Positions 18,565 to 29,671 are shown, counted from the first letter of the stretch. The stretch is DNA of 63,390 bases from Bacteroides sp. SM23_62_1 (GCA_001304505.1 LJUQ01000016.1:1-63390); one strand, 5' to 3'. The notes: generated from the letters alone by a model not told the origin. A program made the numbers and translations.

Positions 18565-21029
18565 TTGTTCCGTAAAATACCGACATATCTTTTTGCCATA
18601 ATTTTTCTTTTCGGCATCATTACAGGATGTTCGACAGAGAAGAACACGCTTGTAACACGTTCATTTCATAACCTGACCTCCCATTATAATATCTTTTTTA
18701 ATGGCACAGAGAGCTATAAGAAAGGTCTCAGAAGGGCACGCGAAGCTTATGTAGATGATTATACCCAGATACTTCCCTTGTTCACATATGATGATGAGGG
18801 TATTGCACAGAGTATTGCCCCTGAAATGGACAGGGCTATTCAAAAATCCAGCAAGGTTATTACGCTCCATTCAATAACTGCAAAACCGGAATATAAAAAC
18901 GGGCCACAAACGGAAAAACAGAAAACCTTTTATGCCCGGAATGAATTTAACAAATGGGTCGATGAAAATTACCTGATCATGGGTAAAGCATACCTCTTCA
19001 GGCACGAATATCATCTGGCAATAGAAACCTTTAAATTTATCATCACCGAGTATTATTATGAGGATATTATTTATGAGACACAGATGTGGTTAGCTCGTGC
19101 ATATAATGAGATAGGGGAATATAAAGAATCGGAAAAAATACTGAATCAGCTTACTACCAGCGAGAAATTTCCCGCAAAGCTGCATGCAGATCTTTATGCT
19201 ACCATAGCGGATCTATATATGAAGCAGGAAGATTATGAATCTGCCATTAATCCTCTCGCAAATGCTCTGGATCTAGTCAGGAAAAAAGAAACCAGGATAC
19301 GATATGCTTTTATTCTCGGGCAGTTGAACCAACAGGTGGGCAATATGGAGGATGCTTCCAAATATTATGGGCAGGTTATTAAAATGAATCCTCCTTATGA
19401 AATGAGCTTTAATGCCCGTATTAACAGAGCGAGTGTTTTCGTAGAGGGAGCAGCAAAAAGTCGTGAAATAAAATCGGAGCTGAATAAAATGCTGAAAGAT
19501 GAGAAAAACAAAGAATATAAAGACCAGATTTACTATGCCCTGGGAAATATTTTTTACAGGGAAGGAAATATCGAAGAGGCCATTGAATACTACAAACTAT
19601 CATCAGCCAGCAGTGTATCCAATATACAACAGAAAACAAAATCCTGCCTGACTCGCAAAGGCTGGTTATCATTGACAGTATCATTGCCAGAGTAAGGCGT
19701 GAGGAACAAATGGCCCAACAGATGGATATGCAAGAATTACAGGATGCTCAATTCAACAGGATGCTGTTAAGCGAGTCCGCTCGATCGGGTTACCAGGCAA
19801 GTGAAGCAGGTGGGAAATGGTATTTTTACAATGAAGCTGCCAAATCATTCGGCCAACCGGAATTCAGAATGAAATGGGGAAACAGGAAACTTGAAGATAA
19901 TTGGAGAAGAAAGAATAAAAGTGAAATGTCATTCGGTGACATTGGCGGTGAAAATGATGAAGTGACGGATTCATCCGGAATACAGAAACCAATTCTGAGT
20001 AATAAAACCAGGGAATTCTATCTGCAGGATATTCCACTAACCGATTCTATGATGGCTTTATCGCACGACAGAATCAGGGAATAACTTTATTATACCGGAA
20101 CAATATATTTGAATGATCTTAAAGATTACCTGGAAGCTGTCATAACCTTCAGAGATTTGCTCGAACGATATCCTGATAGTGAATATACCCTGCCATCCTA
20201 TTATAATTTATATAATTTATATGCTGAACTGAATGATAAAGAATTATCTGATTTTTACAGAGAATCCATTATCAGGGAATTTCCGGAAAGCCAAACTGCC
20301 CGGCTAATGACAAATCCGGATTATATTAATGAATTAATGGAGAAGGAAAATGAGGTTAACAGATTTTATGAAAACACCTATGAAAAGTACCAGTATGGCA
20401 GTTATGACCAGGTTATCAGGGATGTAGATTATGCTTTGGTGACATATCAGAACGATGAACTGATACCTCAGTTTACCCTGCTGAAGGTGCTTGCCATAGG
20501 ACAGACACAGGATATCATGCAATTTACAGAAGCTCTTGATTCACTGGTTAAAACCTATCCTGCACACGAGGTTGCAGAAAGAGCCAATGAAATTCTTGCA
20601 TATATAAAAAGATCCGATCCTGTAGTCAAAATGGAAACTGAAAAAAAAGAGGCGGAAGAAATCTACACCTTTGATCCTGAAGGACCATACTATTTTGGCC
20701 TGATTGTTAAAAAAGATATTGATCTTAACCAGCTAAAGTTTGAAATTATAAATTTCAATCTTGATCTGTTTCCCACCAGAACATTTGATGTTGTAAGTGA
20801 AAACCTTGCTGATAATGACAGGTTGATCCTTGTTCAATCTCTCAGAAGCCTGGGGAATGCATGGAATTATTATGATCAGATCGTAACCAGCGAAAATATC
20901 ATGGCATTGGTTCAGGGGACTAATTTTTCAAGGTTTGTTATCTCACCTGAAAATTCCCGTAAACTCATACAGGATAAAGTGGCAAGTAAATACCTTTTGT
21001 TTTTTGACAAATATTATAAAAGGGAATAA
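18565..21029 (+). pseudogene. porW: T9SS TPR lipoprotein PorW/SprE-like, split into three ORFs (18565-19695, 19710-20084, 20109-21029)
   Basis: The N-terminus has a lipobox (ITGCSTEKNTLVTRSFHNLTSHYNIFFNG) and TPR-like repeats typical of SprE/PorW. The reading frame changes between about 19587 and 19695. Pieces 2 and 3 share a frame and are separated by a TAA at 20085-20087, after which a TPR-like sequence continues (LYYTGTIYLNDLKDYLEAV). porX lies immediately downstream. Confidence 0.6.
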
Positions 21030-21108
21030 ATTAACTATCTTTAATAATCAGGGATTTCAATCTCAAAAAGGATAATTCATCATACTTCATAAAGTGACCG
21101 TACACAAA

Positions 21109-22662
21109 ATGAGAAAGATAACAATTTTATGGACGGATGACGAAATTGATCTGCTCATGCCGCATATATTGTTCCTTGAAGAAAAAGGTTATGAAGTCAT
21201 AACGGCGAGTAATGGAGAAGATGCTATCCGGATTGTACAGGAAAGGACTGTTGATCTCTTGTTTCTGGACGAGAATATGCCGGGTATCAGTGGTCTGGAA
21301 ACACTTAACCGGATAAAAACGCTGAATCCTGCTATTCCAGTTGTTATGATCACCAAAAGCGAAGAAGAAAATATTATGGATGAAGCCATCGGATCAAAGA
21401 TTGATGATTACCTGATAAAACCTGTGAATCCAAAACAGATTTTACTTTCGATAAAGAAGAATATTGATACAAAAAGGCTCATCACACAAAAAACAACATC
21501 CGCTTATCAGGCTGAGTTTACCAGGATCAGTTTACTGATAAATACTGCACATAATTATTCCGATTGGGTTGAGGTCTATAAAAAACTTACTTACTGGGAA
21601 CTGGAAATTGGGTCCGGTAGCGATCCTGGATTGATGGAAATATTAAAAATGCAAAAGGCCGATGCAAATAACGGATTTTCCAGGTTTATCAGGGCAAATT
21701 ATATCGGATGGTTTTATGAACGGGCCGGGGAAGCACCATTAATGTCACAGAATGTATTTGCCCAAAAGGTTTTTCCTGCACTTGAAAAAGGGGACCGTGT
21801 GTGTGTTATCCTAATAGATAATCTCCGTCTTGATCAATGGCGATCCATATTACCACTTATAGAGGAATCCTACAGGCTTGAGTCGGAAGAGCTTTTCTAT
21901 TCGATTTTACCAACATCCACCCAGTATGCCCGGAATGCAATGTTTGCAGGGCTTATGCCCCTTGCAATCGAGGATATGTTCCCGGAATTGTGGACAGATG
22001 AAACAGAGACCGGGAGTAAGAACCTACTTGAAGATCAATTACTTGAAAAACAGATCCAACGGTTTGGACTGAAATTAAAAGTCTGGTATGAAAAAATTAA
22101 TAATGCACGGGCCGGTAAAAAATTAGTGGAAAACATCAAAGACCTTCTGAACTTTGACCTGTCTGTGGTGGTTTTTAATTTTGTAGATATCCTATCTCAT
22201 GCCAGGACAGAGATGGAGATGATCAAGGAGCTTGCTTATGACGAATCTGCTTACCGCTCTCTTACACTTTCATGGTTCCAGCATTCACATCTTCGTGAAT
22301 TTATCAGGGAACTGGCATTAAACCGCATTAAACTGATCATCACTACCGATCATGGTACAATCCGGGTAAACAATCCATTAAAAGTTATTGGTGACCGGGA
22401 AACCACAACAAATATCCGTTACAAACAGGGGAAAAATTTGAATTATAATCCGGAAGAAGTTTTTGAAGTTAAAAAACCAGCCGAGATCCATCTCCCAAAA
22501 TCACATGTCAGTTCAACATATATTTTCGCCATGAATTATGATTTCTTTGTTTATCCAAATAATTATAATCAATTTGTTAATTATTACAGGAACACTTTTC
22601 AACATGGCGGTATCTCAATGGAAGAAATGCTTATCCCGGTTTCTGTCCTGAATCCAATGTGA
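21109..22662 (+). CDS. porX: T9SS response regulator PorX (receiver + PglZ/alkaline-phosphatase-like domain)
   Basis: The receiver domain is ILWTDDEIDLLMPHILFLEEKGYEV...DLLFLDENMPGISGLETL...DDYLIKP. A PglZ-like domain of about 390 aa follows (ILIDNLRLDQW, ITTDHGT, FQHGGIS). Confidence 0.85.
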   Translation: MRKITILWTDDEIDLLMPHILFLEEKGYEVITASNGEDAIRIVQERTVDLLFLDENMPGISGLETLNRIKTLNPAIPVVMITKSEEENIMDEAIGSKIDDYLIKPVNPKQILLSIKKNIDTKRLITQKTTSAYQAEFTRISLLINTAHNYSDWVEVYKKLTYWELEIGSGSDPGLMEILKMQKADANNGFSRFIRANYIGWFYERAGEAPLMSQNVFAQKVFPALEKGDRVCVILIDNLRLDQWRSILPLIEESYRLESEELFYSILPTSTQYARNAMFAGLMPLAIEDMFPELWTDETETGSKNLLEDQLLEKQIQRFGLKLKVWYEKINNARAGKKLVENIKDLLNFDLSVVVFNFVDILSHARTEMEMIKELAYDESAYRSLTLSWFQHSHLREFIRELALNRIKLIITTDHGTIRVNNPLKVIGDRETTTNIRYKQGKNLNYNPEEVFEVKKPAEIHLPKSHVSSTYIFAMNYDFFVYPNNYNQFVNYYRNTFQHGGISMEEMLIPVSVLNPM

Positions 22663-22677
22663 TCAATCCTGCCTATA

Positions 22678-23097
22678 ATGACGAGATTTATTATTGAATC
22701 TACAGCTGCGATACGTAAAGTTGCGAAAGAATTTCTTAAGCAATATGGTCAGAAAAGGATATTTGCCATATATGGCGAACTTGGAGCGGGCAAGACAACA
22801 TTCATTAAAGCCTTATGCTATGAACTCGGGGTAAATGAGATTGTCAGCTCACCATCTTTTGCAATCATTAATGAATATTATTCCGATTGTTGCGGACGTA
22901 TTTATCATTTTGATTTTTTCAGGTTGGAAGAACTCGCAGAAGCCTTTGACATTGGTTATGAAGATTATTTTTACAGCGGTCAGTACTGTTTTATTGAATG
23001 GGCCGACAGGATTGAAGCTATATTACCATCCGGAACTATTCATGTTCATATGGCGGCTGATGATACGTCGGCAAGGATTCTGGAAGTAAATGAGTAA
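22678..23097 (+). CDS. tsaE: tRNA t6A biosynthesis ATPase TsaE
   Basis: 139 aa. IYGELGAGKTTFIKAL, SPSFAIINEY, HFDFFRL and IEWADR are present. Confidence 0.85.
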   Translation: MTRFIIESTAAIRKVAKEFLKQYGQKRIFAIYGELGAGKTTFIKALCYELGVNEIVSSPSFAIINEYYSDCCGRIYHFDFFRLEELAEAFDIGYEDYFYSGQYCFIEWADRIEAILPSGTIHVHMAADDTSARILEVNE

Positions 23098-23181
23098 TTT
23101 TTCCTTAAAAGATATATTTGACTTAGTCGCTGAATTATATTATTTTTAGAGAGACCACAACCTAATTAAACCCATTCTGTC

Positions 23182-24405
23182 ATGACGCAGCAGGAATCCT
23201 CCGGTACACGCTTCACATTTGGAAAAGCAACCCTTTTACCACAAGAAGAAATGCTTGAAGTTAAAAAATCACGAAAACAATTAACGATTGGTATCCCCAG
23301 AGAAGATCAAAAGAACGAAAGCCGGGTAGCACTTACTCCTGAGGCAGTTGAGCAATTGATCGAGCATGGACACCAGGTTATCATTGAATCTGAAGCCGGG
23401 AAATCTGCAAATTATCAGAATACAGACTACAGTGAATCAGGAGGAATGATTGTTGAAGAAAAAATACAGGTCTTTCAGTCAGATATTATTTTAAAGATTG
23501 CCCCCCTTACTCTTGAAGAAATTGAGCTGGTTAATGAACAAAAAATCGTTATTTCTTCATTGCATCTGACCAGCCAGACAGAAGAGTTCATCAGGAAATT
23601 GATGGATAAAAAAATAACAGCCATTTCTTTTGAAAACATCAAGGATGAACATAACTGCCATCCTGTTGTAAGATCTATGAGTACAATTGCAGGTACCACA
23701 TCGATACTGATTGCCGCCGAGTATCTGAGTAATGTAAGAGGAGGGAAAGGGGTTATGCTTGGTGGAATTCCAGGTATTACCCCTGCTGAGGTAATCATAC
23801 TGGGTGCAGGGAATGCAGCAGAATCTGCTGCCAGGGCTGCCTTGGGTCTGGGAGCCCATGTAAAAGTATTTGATAACTCGGTTCACCGGCTCAGGCGACT
23901 TCAGAACGACATCGGGCAACGGCTCTATACATCTGTATTTCATAAACAGGTCATGACCAGGGCACTCAGATCAGCTGATGTAGTGATTGGAGCAATGTAT
24001 CTCATTGAGCAGGGACCCCGTTATGTGATTACAGAAGAAATGGTAAAGGAAATGAAAAAAGGAGCCGTGATTATTGATATCAGCATTGATCAGGGAGGAT
24101 GCATCGAGACATCAGAATGCAGAACCCAGCAGGATCCCTCTTTCATAAAGCATGGCGTTATTCACTATTGTGTGCCGAATTTACCATCCCGTGTTGCCAG
24201 AACGGCATCCATTGCCATCAGTAATGTGTTTTTACCATTACTTGTGCAAATGGGAGAATCCGGCGGTCTCACACCTTTTCTGAAAGGAGATGCCGGAGTA
24301 AGAAATGGTGTTTATATATTTAATGGCATTCTAACCAATGAATTTATAGGGATACATTTTGGTATACCATCAAAGGATATTGAGTTGCTGATGGCCGCAT
24401 TTTAA
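23182..24405 (+). CDS. alanine dehydrogenase / PNT family NAD-binding protein
   Basis: IGIPREDQKNESRVALTPEAVEQLIEHGHQVIIESEAGKSA and the Rossmann segment VIILGAGNAAESAARAALGLGAHVKVFD fit the AlaDH/PNT N- and C-domains. Confidence 0.7.
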   Translation: MTQQESSGTRFTFGKATLLPQEEMLEVKKSRKQLTIGIPREDQKNESRVALTPEAVEQLIEHGHQVIIESEAGKSANYQNTDYSESGGMIVEEKIQVFQSDIILKIAPLTLEEIELVNEQKIVISSLHLTSQTEEFIRKLMDKKITAISFENIKDEHNCHPVVRSMSTIAGTTSILIAAEYLSNVRGGKGVMLGGIPGITPAEVIILGAGNAAESAARAALGLGAHVKVFDNSVHRLRRLQNDIGQRLYTSVFHKQVMTRALRSADVVIGAMYLIEQGPRYVITEEMVKEMKKGAVIIDISIDQGGCIETSECRTQQDPSFIKHGVIHYCVPNLPSRVARTASIAISNVFLPLLVQMGESGGLTPFLKGDAGVRNGVYIFNGILTNEFIGIHFGIPSKDIELLMAAF

Positions 24406-24411
24406 TTGACT

Positions 24412-24960
24412 ATGAAAAGATTTTATTTTTACTTCATCCTGTTGTGTTTCCTGTTAACATCATGTAATAAAAATGAGAAAAAGCCTGAATATGAGGGAGA
24501 AGTAATCCTTACCTCTGAAGTTGTGAAACAGGGAGATACCTATAATACACTTGGATTTTCATTTGAGAAAGGAACAAATATTCCATATCCTTATACTTCA
24601 GAAGGTGTGCCTGACCTGGTAGTAACACATTTCATATCCACCGATTTATATCTTATCGTGACTTTCACCAGTCCAAATAACCAGGAAGCTTTTCACCTCT
24701 ATCAAATTTCCACCAGTGCCGATCAGGCAAAATCATATTTTGATAACTATTTGGAGGTTACCACAACCAGTTTTGGACCTCTTGCTGATTCAATAAAAAT
24801 TAACCAGGTTTGGACGGTTCAAACAGTTGATAAGAAATATGCAAAATTACTGATAAAGGAGATCCAACTGATGAAGGATAGCCCTGTTGATGATTATGTG
24901 GAAGTCAAAGTAAAGTATAAGTACCAGCCGGATGGACGAAAAATATTCAGTAATGATTAA
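24412..24960 (+). CDS. hypothetical lipoprotein
   Basis: Signal peptide with lipobox LLTSCNKN. I recognise no family. Confidence 0.5.
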   Translation: MKRFYFYFILLCFLLTSCNKNEKKPEYEGEVILTSEVVKQGDTYNTLGFSFEKGTNIPYPYTSEGVPDLVVTHFISTDLYLIVTFTSPNNQEAFHLYQISTSADQAKSYFDNYLEVTTTSFGPLADSIKINQVWTVQTVDKKYAKLLIKEIQLMKDSPVDDYVEVKVKYKYQPDGRKIFSND

Positions 24961-25095
24961 TACGTTTGGCAATCTCCAATACGGGAATCTTCATCGGTTT
25001 AACTTGAGGATTTATCTCACCACCGTCAGTTTCTTGGCGGTTATCTCCTACGGCTTGCAGGGAGAAACACAGAGGAGGTTGTATATTCCCGAATC

Positions 25096-28000
25096 TTAAA
25101 AATTCCACCTCACCTGGATACTTCCCAGATGAATAACTTTTTGATTCTCAAAGACTCTTCCTGAATATTCCACATTCAATTCCACACCGGCAGAAAGAGA
25201 TCTCTGAAACAATAATGTCCAGAGACCATTATGACCGGGCTGTAATCCCTGAAGCATCTCATATGCCACCGGTGTATAAGGGTCCTGGTTGTAATCTACA
25301 TGGATATATTTAATTTTACCGGTCACGTTACCTTTTTTAAGAATATTATACCTGATCTCGATCCCCAGATCATGCTTGCTGGCATGCTCCCCATCCTTTT
25401 TATTTTTTTCATCAGAAAATACATAATTTGCTATAATCCGGTAAAAAATGCCTGGCTGGTATTCGAGAGAAAAATCACTCTTTGTAAAGGATATATTAAA
25501 ATCTTTCGATTTGAAAAATTCTGACTCAAAATATTTCATTCCTGCATCCGACTGGTTTATGAGGATAAGGTCCGGATGGACAGATAGTCTGAATCTTAAA
25601 CCATTTGAGATGAGTGTACGCGTATCAAAACCATTTGCCAACAGAATCCTGCTTACATTTTTATGAAATATATAGTCGGTACCAAATATTTGTCCGGCCT
25701 TGTTAAATGAAAGGTTATTTCGAATAGAAGTTGACATTGTAATAAGATCAGGATTTTCAAGATTGGTGTTGAAAGGATTAATATTTCTTAAAAAGTTTTT
25801 TGTTGTCATCTTTCTGTCCATCCTGAATGCAAACTGGTTGGAAAACAAAGCTATGATTGTTCTGAATCCTGTCTTTTCTTTCCACAACCTGGCCGGTTCA
25901 AGATGAATCACCTGATTGAACTGATTTGTATAAACATTCATAAAGTTATTTGTTGGAGTAAATACCCTGAGATAACTGGCCTGATCCTGAAATGTTGCAA
26001 TTTCAAATTCGTCCAGTTCTTTAACATTATTTCGGTTATAATCAGTCCAGGTATAGACTCCCTGGCCGGGTGTCACTTCCAGAAATGTAAATTCTTTTTT
26101 TGATTCCAATCCTGAACCAATCTCATAGAAGGTGGATGTGTTTATTGCTCCACTTGCTGTTGAGAAGGCGTGATCCACACGGCCAAGCAAAGACTTATCT
26201 GTACGATTATCTGTCAGTAATGTGTCATTCACCTGGAGGGTCCGGTAGGTAAAGAGCAGATTCATTCTGTGCGAAAGGTTCTTTTTGAGTTGCAATCCTA
26301 TATTAAAATCGTTTCCTGTGGTGGCGAGACCCAGCATATTATTCCCGGGCAACCAGTCTCTTCTGTTCCTGTAGTTCATCAGGATTTTGTTTTTAGCAGT
26401 ATCGGGAACAGTAAGAAATATTTCGTATTGCTGATACCGGAAACTGTTATTCAGCAGGGAGTCATTGGTTTCACTACGCCAGGTATTATGTTCTGCTTCC
26501 TCACGTATACCAAATACAATATAACTGATTTGTTTGGATATTTCAGCAAAATGCCTGATGAAACTGGTTGCGTTAATGGAATCATTCGAATTCATTTGAC
26601 TACCGGAAAATTTCACCCTGAATCCATGTGTTGTAAAGATCCCGCTGATATTATTACGGAGACCGTTATACAGATTTTGCCGGTTAAGATATTCGGATGT
26701 AAATGAAGTGGATATAAAATCTTTTCTGGAAAAATCAAGGTTAAGATCCACAAGGTGTTCATTTATTCCTGAATGGATTTGCAGCAGGTTCCAGTCACGT
26801 TCAAATTCAACAGGGCGGAACCTCTCGATAGGATCAAAATACCTGTTGATGAGCTGGTAGTTACCCGATACTTTTAACCGTGTTCTGCTTGTATCTTTCA
26901 TGATGAGGTCCTGTGTTATTCCTCCCCGGATAGCAAAACCGGTATTATCCCCTCTGTCCAGTGAGGAAAATGTATTCAGGTCATTATTACTTAAAGAAAG
27001 TTCAAAAAAAGCAGATGTTGAGGAGGTTATTGCTGTGTTGCCTCCGACAGACAACACCTGTTTTTTTTGGGGCGTAATCAGCAGAATAACAGGCTCATAA
27101 CTGCCGGAAGGATGACCATTTACCGGGGCGATCCATACGAAAACTTTGCCATTTGCTGAAGACAGAAATGGTTGATAATCCCCGTTTCCTTCGCCTACGT
27201 AGCTGAATCCCAGGCGGTAAATGGCACTGTCAGGATGCGTGGAATACACATATATGTTTTCATACAGATTTCCGAGGACCAGGGTATCAATTTTTTTATA
27301 AAGCACTTCTGAGTTATTGTAACCTACGCTGTCGATTCTCCGGACAATTGCTTTATCAAGATCATCACCGATGCCTGCAAGCATCAACCTGTCATTTTCA
27401 TCCAGTTCTATCTGATGAGCCTGGTTTTTATCATCATGCTCGGAATAAAGATTAATCCAGAATTTCCCTTTATCAGTAAGGAATTCATTACTGTTATATA
27501 GGAGAAACCTGCTATAACTTTTTTCTGAATATTCGAATTCAACAATTATTCTTTTGTCTTTGGTAATCAGTTGATTTGCCGTAAAAGTAATTTCAGCATT
27601 GTTGTAATCAATAATGTAGTCATATTCAAGCCCTCTCATCATCAGCTGTCCATCAATATATACTCTTTCTGTTCCGGCAAGAACGATAATAAACTGTTCA
27701 TGATTGTTACCGGTCAGTTTATATGGACCCTGGTTTCCTTCTCTTCCCCTGAACGAGTTCCGGCAAACCTTTCCTTTAGCAACTGAACCACTTATTGTAG
27801 TGCGGAGGGCCAAGGATTTATCACGGTTCAGGTTAAAATTACCGGTAAAACGTGCACCTTTTCCTTTTTTATAAAATTTCATAAAATACCCCGGAGATCC
27901 GGCAAGATCGAAATCTCCTGCAACAAGACTAAGCTGTTCGTTGAATATTTCAATATAAACCTTATCAAATTCATGAATTTGCTGAGATGAACCATCAGGC

Positions 28001-28608
28001 TGGATAGGAATATTATTATCTGAAATAGCTGCAACAATTCGGAGATCATCTGTTATATTGCCTGAGAGCTGAAGATTAAATGTGGAGTTGACCACCAGAT
28101 CCTGGGTGTTACCAAAACTGATACCCCTTGCGATACTACCACGTTTGTTTATATTGCTGTAAGAATAATATTCATCAGACCTGAGATCTGCTCCCGAGAT
28201 CCGGAAAGGATCATAACCCTGCATGGATTGAAGGTTGATCATTGCCGGATCTTTATGAGAATATGTTTTTGAAAAATCTACTGGAAAAACCCTGTAAGAT
28301 ATCCTGACTCTTGTTCCCGCAAGGGAAGAGCTGTACCTGAGAAGAGGTCTGGGATAATCAATGGTATAGATAGAATCGGGGACCGGTACCAATTCACTGT
28401 TAAAGAGAAAAACAGAACCCGGCACAACACTCAGTGTATCGAATATAACGGAATCTTCTGGAAGCACGATATCATATGACCTGATATTGCTCAGGTCCTG
28501 GGCGAAATTATTCAGGAAATAAATCGCAGACAGGATAATAAGAAATACTCTCTTCAAAGGAGGATTTTTAACTAAAAACTGAAATATAGTGAAGTTATTA
28601 TAATTCAT
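25096..28608 (-). CDS. large outer-membrane beta-barrel-like protein (putative porin family), function unknown
   Basis: 1170 aa with an N-terminal hydrophobic signal. The sequence is rich in alternating aromatic/polar beta-strand patterns and ends ...IQVRWNF, the terminal aromatic typical of OM barrels. Confidence 0.5.
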   Translation of the reverse strand: MNYNNFTIFQFLVKNPPLKRVFLIILSAIYFLNNFAQDLSNIRSYDIVLPEDSVIFDTLSVVPGSVFLFNSELVPVPDSIYTIDYPRPLLRYSSSLAGTRVRISYRVFPVDFSKTYSHKDPAMINLQSMQGYDPFRISGADLRSDEYYSYSNINKRGSIARGISFGNTQDLVVNSTFNLQLSGNITDDLRIVAAISDNNIPIQPDGSSQQIHEFDKVYIEIFNEQLSLVAGDFDLAGSPGYFMKFYKKGKGARFTGNFNLNRDKSLALRTTISGSVAKGKVCRNSFRGREGNQGPYKLTGNNHEQFIIVLAGTERVYIDGQLMMRGLEYDYIIDYNNAEITFTANQLITKDKRIIVEFEYSEKSYSRFLLYNSNEFLTDKGKFWINLYSEHDDKNQAHQIELDENDRLMLAGIGDDLDKAIVRRIDSVGYNNSEVLYKKIDTLVLGNLYENIYVYSTHPDSAIYRLGFSYVGEGNGDYQPFLSSANGKVFVWIAPVNGHPSGSYEPVILLITPQKKQVLSVGGNTAITSSTSAFFELSLSNNDLNTFSSLDRGDNTGFAIRGGITQDLIMKDTSRTRLKVSGNYQLINRYFDPIERFRPVEFERDWNLLQIHSGINEHLVDLNLDFSRKDFISTSFTSEYLNRQNLYNGLRNNISGIFTTHGFRVKFSGSQMNSNDSINATSFIRHFAEISKQISYIVFGIREEAEHNTWRSETNDSLLNNSFRYQQYEIFLTVPDTAKNKILMNYRNRRDWLPGNNMLGLATTGNDFNIGLQLKKNLSHRMNLLFTYRTLQVNDTLLTDNRTDKSLLGRVDHAFSTASGAINTSTFYEIGSGLESKKEFTFLEVTPGQGVYTWTDYNRNNVKELDEFEIATFQDQASYLRVFTPTNNFMNVYTNQFNQVIHLEPARLWKEKTGFRTIIALFSNQFAFRMDRKMTTKNFLRNINPFNTNLENPDLITMSTSIRNNLSFNKAGQIFGTDYIFHKNVSRILLANGFDTRTLISNGLRFRLSVHPDLILINQSDAGMKYFESEFFKSKDFNISFTKSDFSLEYQPGIFYRIIANYVFSDEKNKKDGEHASKHDLGIEIRYNILKKGNVTGKIKYIHVDYNQDPYTPVAYEMLQGLQPGHNGLWTLLFQRSLSAGVELNVEYSGRVFENQKVIHLGSIQVRWNF

Positions 28609-28711
28609 TATCTGATAACTGATACCTGTACCCGGTGTCCGGCATGTTATTTATCATTTTTACCTTAAACAGTATAACCTATTTTCGTAAATTTATAAGC
28701 GATTATTTCTT

Positions 28712-29577
28712 ATGGATAATATTCTGATCATAGGTGCTGCAGGGCAGATCGGTTCAGAGCTGACCGGGGAGCTCCGAAAAATATATGGTAGTGATCATGT
28801 GTTTGCCACAGATATCAAAGAAGCTTCAAAAGACATTATGGAGGGTGGCCCTTTTCAGTTGATGGATGTGATGGATGATAAGCGGCTCATCCATTTTGTG
28901 AGATGAACATCATTGAGGTTGCCAGGATGGTGGAAGAGGTAAAAAAAGTCTTCTGGCCCAGTTCACTGGCAGTTTTTGGTCCGACCACACCAAAAATCAA
29001 TACCCCGCAGTTAACTATCATGGAGCCCTCTACTGTTTATGGGGTAAGCAAACTGGCAGGCGAACGGTGGTGTGAATATTATCATAAAAGGTATAACCTT
29101 GATATCAGGAGTATCCGGTACCCGGGATTGATCAGTTTTAAAACGGAAGCAGGAGGTGGCACGACCGATTATGCAGTTGAGATCTATTATGAAGCGGTTA
29201 AAAAGAAAAAATATGAATGTTTCCTGTCAGAAGATACAGCCCTTCCATTGCTGTTTATGCCGGATGCTATCAAGGCAACCATTGATCTGATGGAGGCAAA
29301 AAGGTCGGGATTGACCGTACACAGCAGTTACAATCTTGGGGGGATCAGTTTAACCCCGGCAGATCTGACTAAGGAGATTAGAAAGCATATACCAGACTTC
29401 GCCATTACATATAAACCGGATTTCAGACAAAAGATTGCAGATTCATGGCCACAGAGTATTGATGATTCCATTTCAAGAAGAGATTGGGGATGCAAGTATG
29501 AATTCGATCTTCCGAAAATTACGAAAATCATGCTGGAGGAGATCAGCAAAAAGATAAAACGGGGGAAGTTGAAATAG
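28712..29577 (+). pseudogene. tdh: extended-SDR type L-threonine 3-dehydrogenase, disrupted by an internal deletion and frameshift
   Basis: Piece 1 (28712-28906) is MDNILIIGAAGQIGSELT...GPFQLMDVMD..LIHFVR*. Piece 2 (28903-29577) is NIIEVAR...VFWPSSLAVFGPTTPK.NTPQ.TIMEPSTVYGVSKLAGERWCEYYH...IRYPGLIS...GGGTTDYAV...KPDFRQKIADSWPQSIDDS. About 30-35 residues that normally link the two pieces are missing, and the pieces lie in different frames (ATGA overlap at 28903-28906). Confidence 0.8.
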
Positions 29578-29580
29578 ATA

Positions 29581-29642
29581 GTACTCACCCCCCTGTACCC
29601 CCTCTCTCGTGAGAGAGGGGGAATCAAAGGGGGGGTGAGTAC
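29581..29642. repeat. GC-rich nested palindrome (outer GTACTCACCCCC / GGGGGTGAGTAC, inner CCCCCTCTCTC / GAGAGAGGGGG)
   Basis: Read directly. It lies between the tdh remnant and kbl and belongs to the same family as 43260-43357. Confidence 0.65.
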
Positions 29643-29671
29643 ACACTCATTAATCAAAATTATAACCTAAT

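Noticed and set aside
20085-20087. In-frame TAA in porW as evidence of stop-codon reassignment
   Set aside because: TAA clearly terminates other well-conserved genes in the window at their expected ends, for example the pepC-like gene at 9746-9748 and gltX at 36948-36950. No other conserved ORF contains internal TAA.
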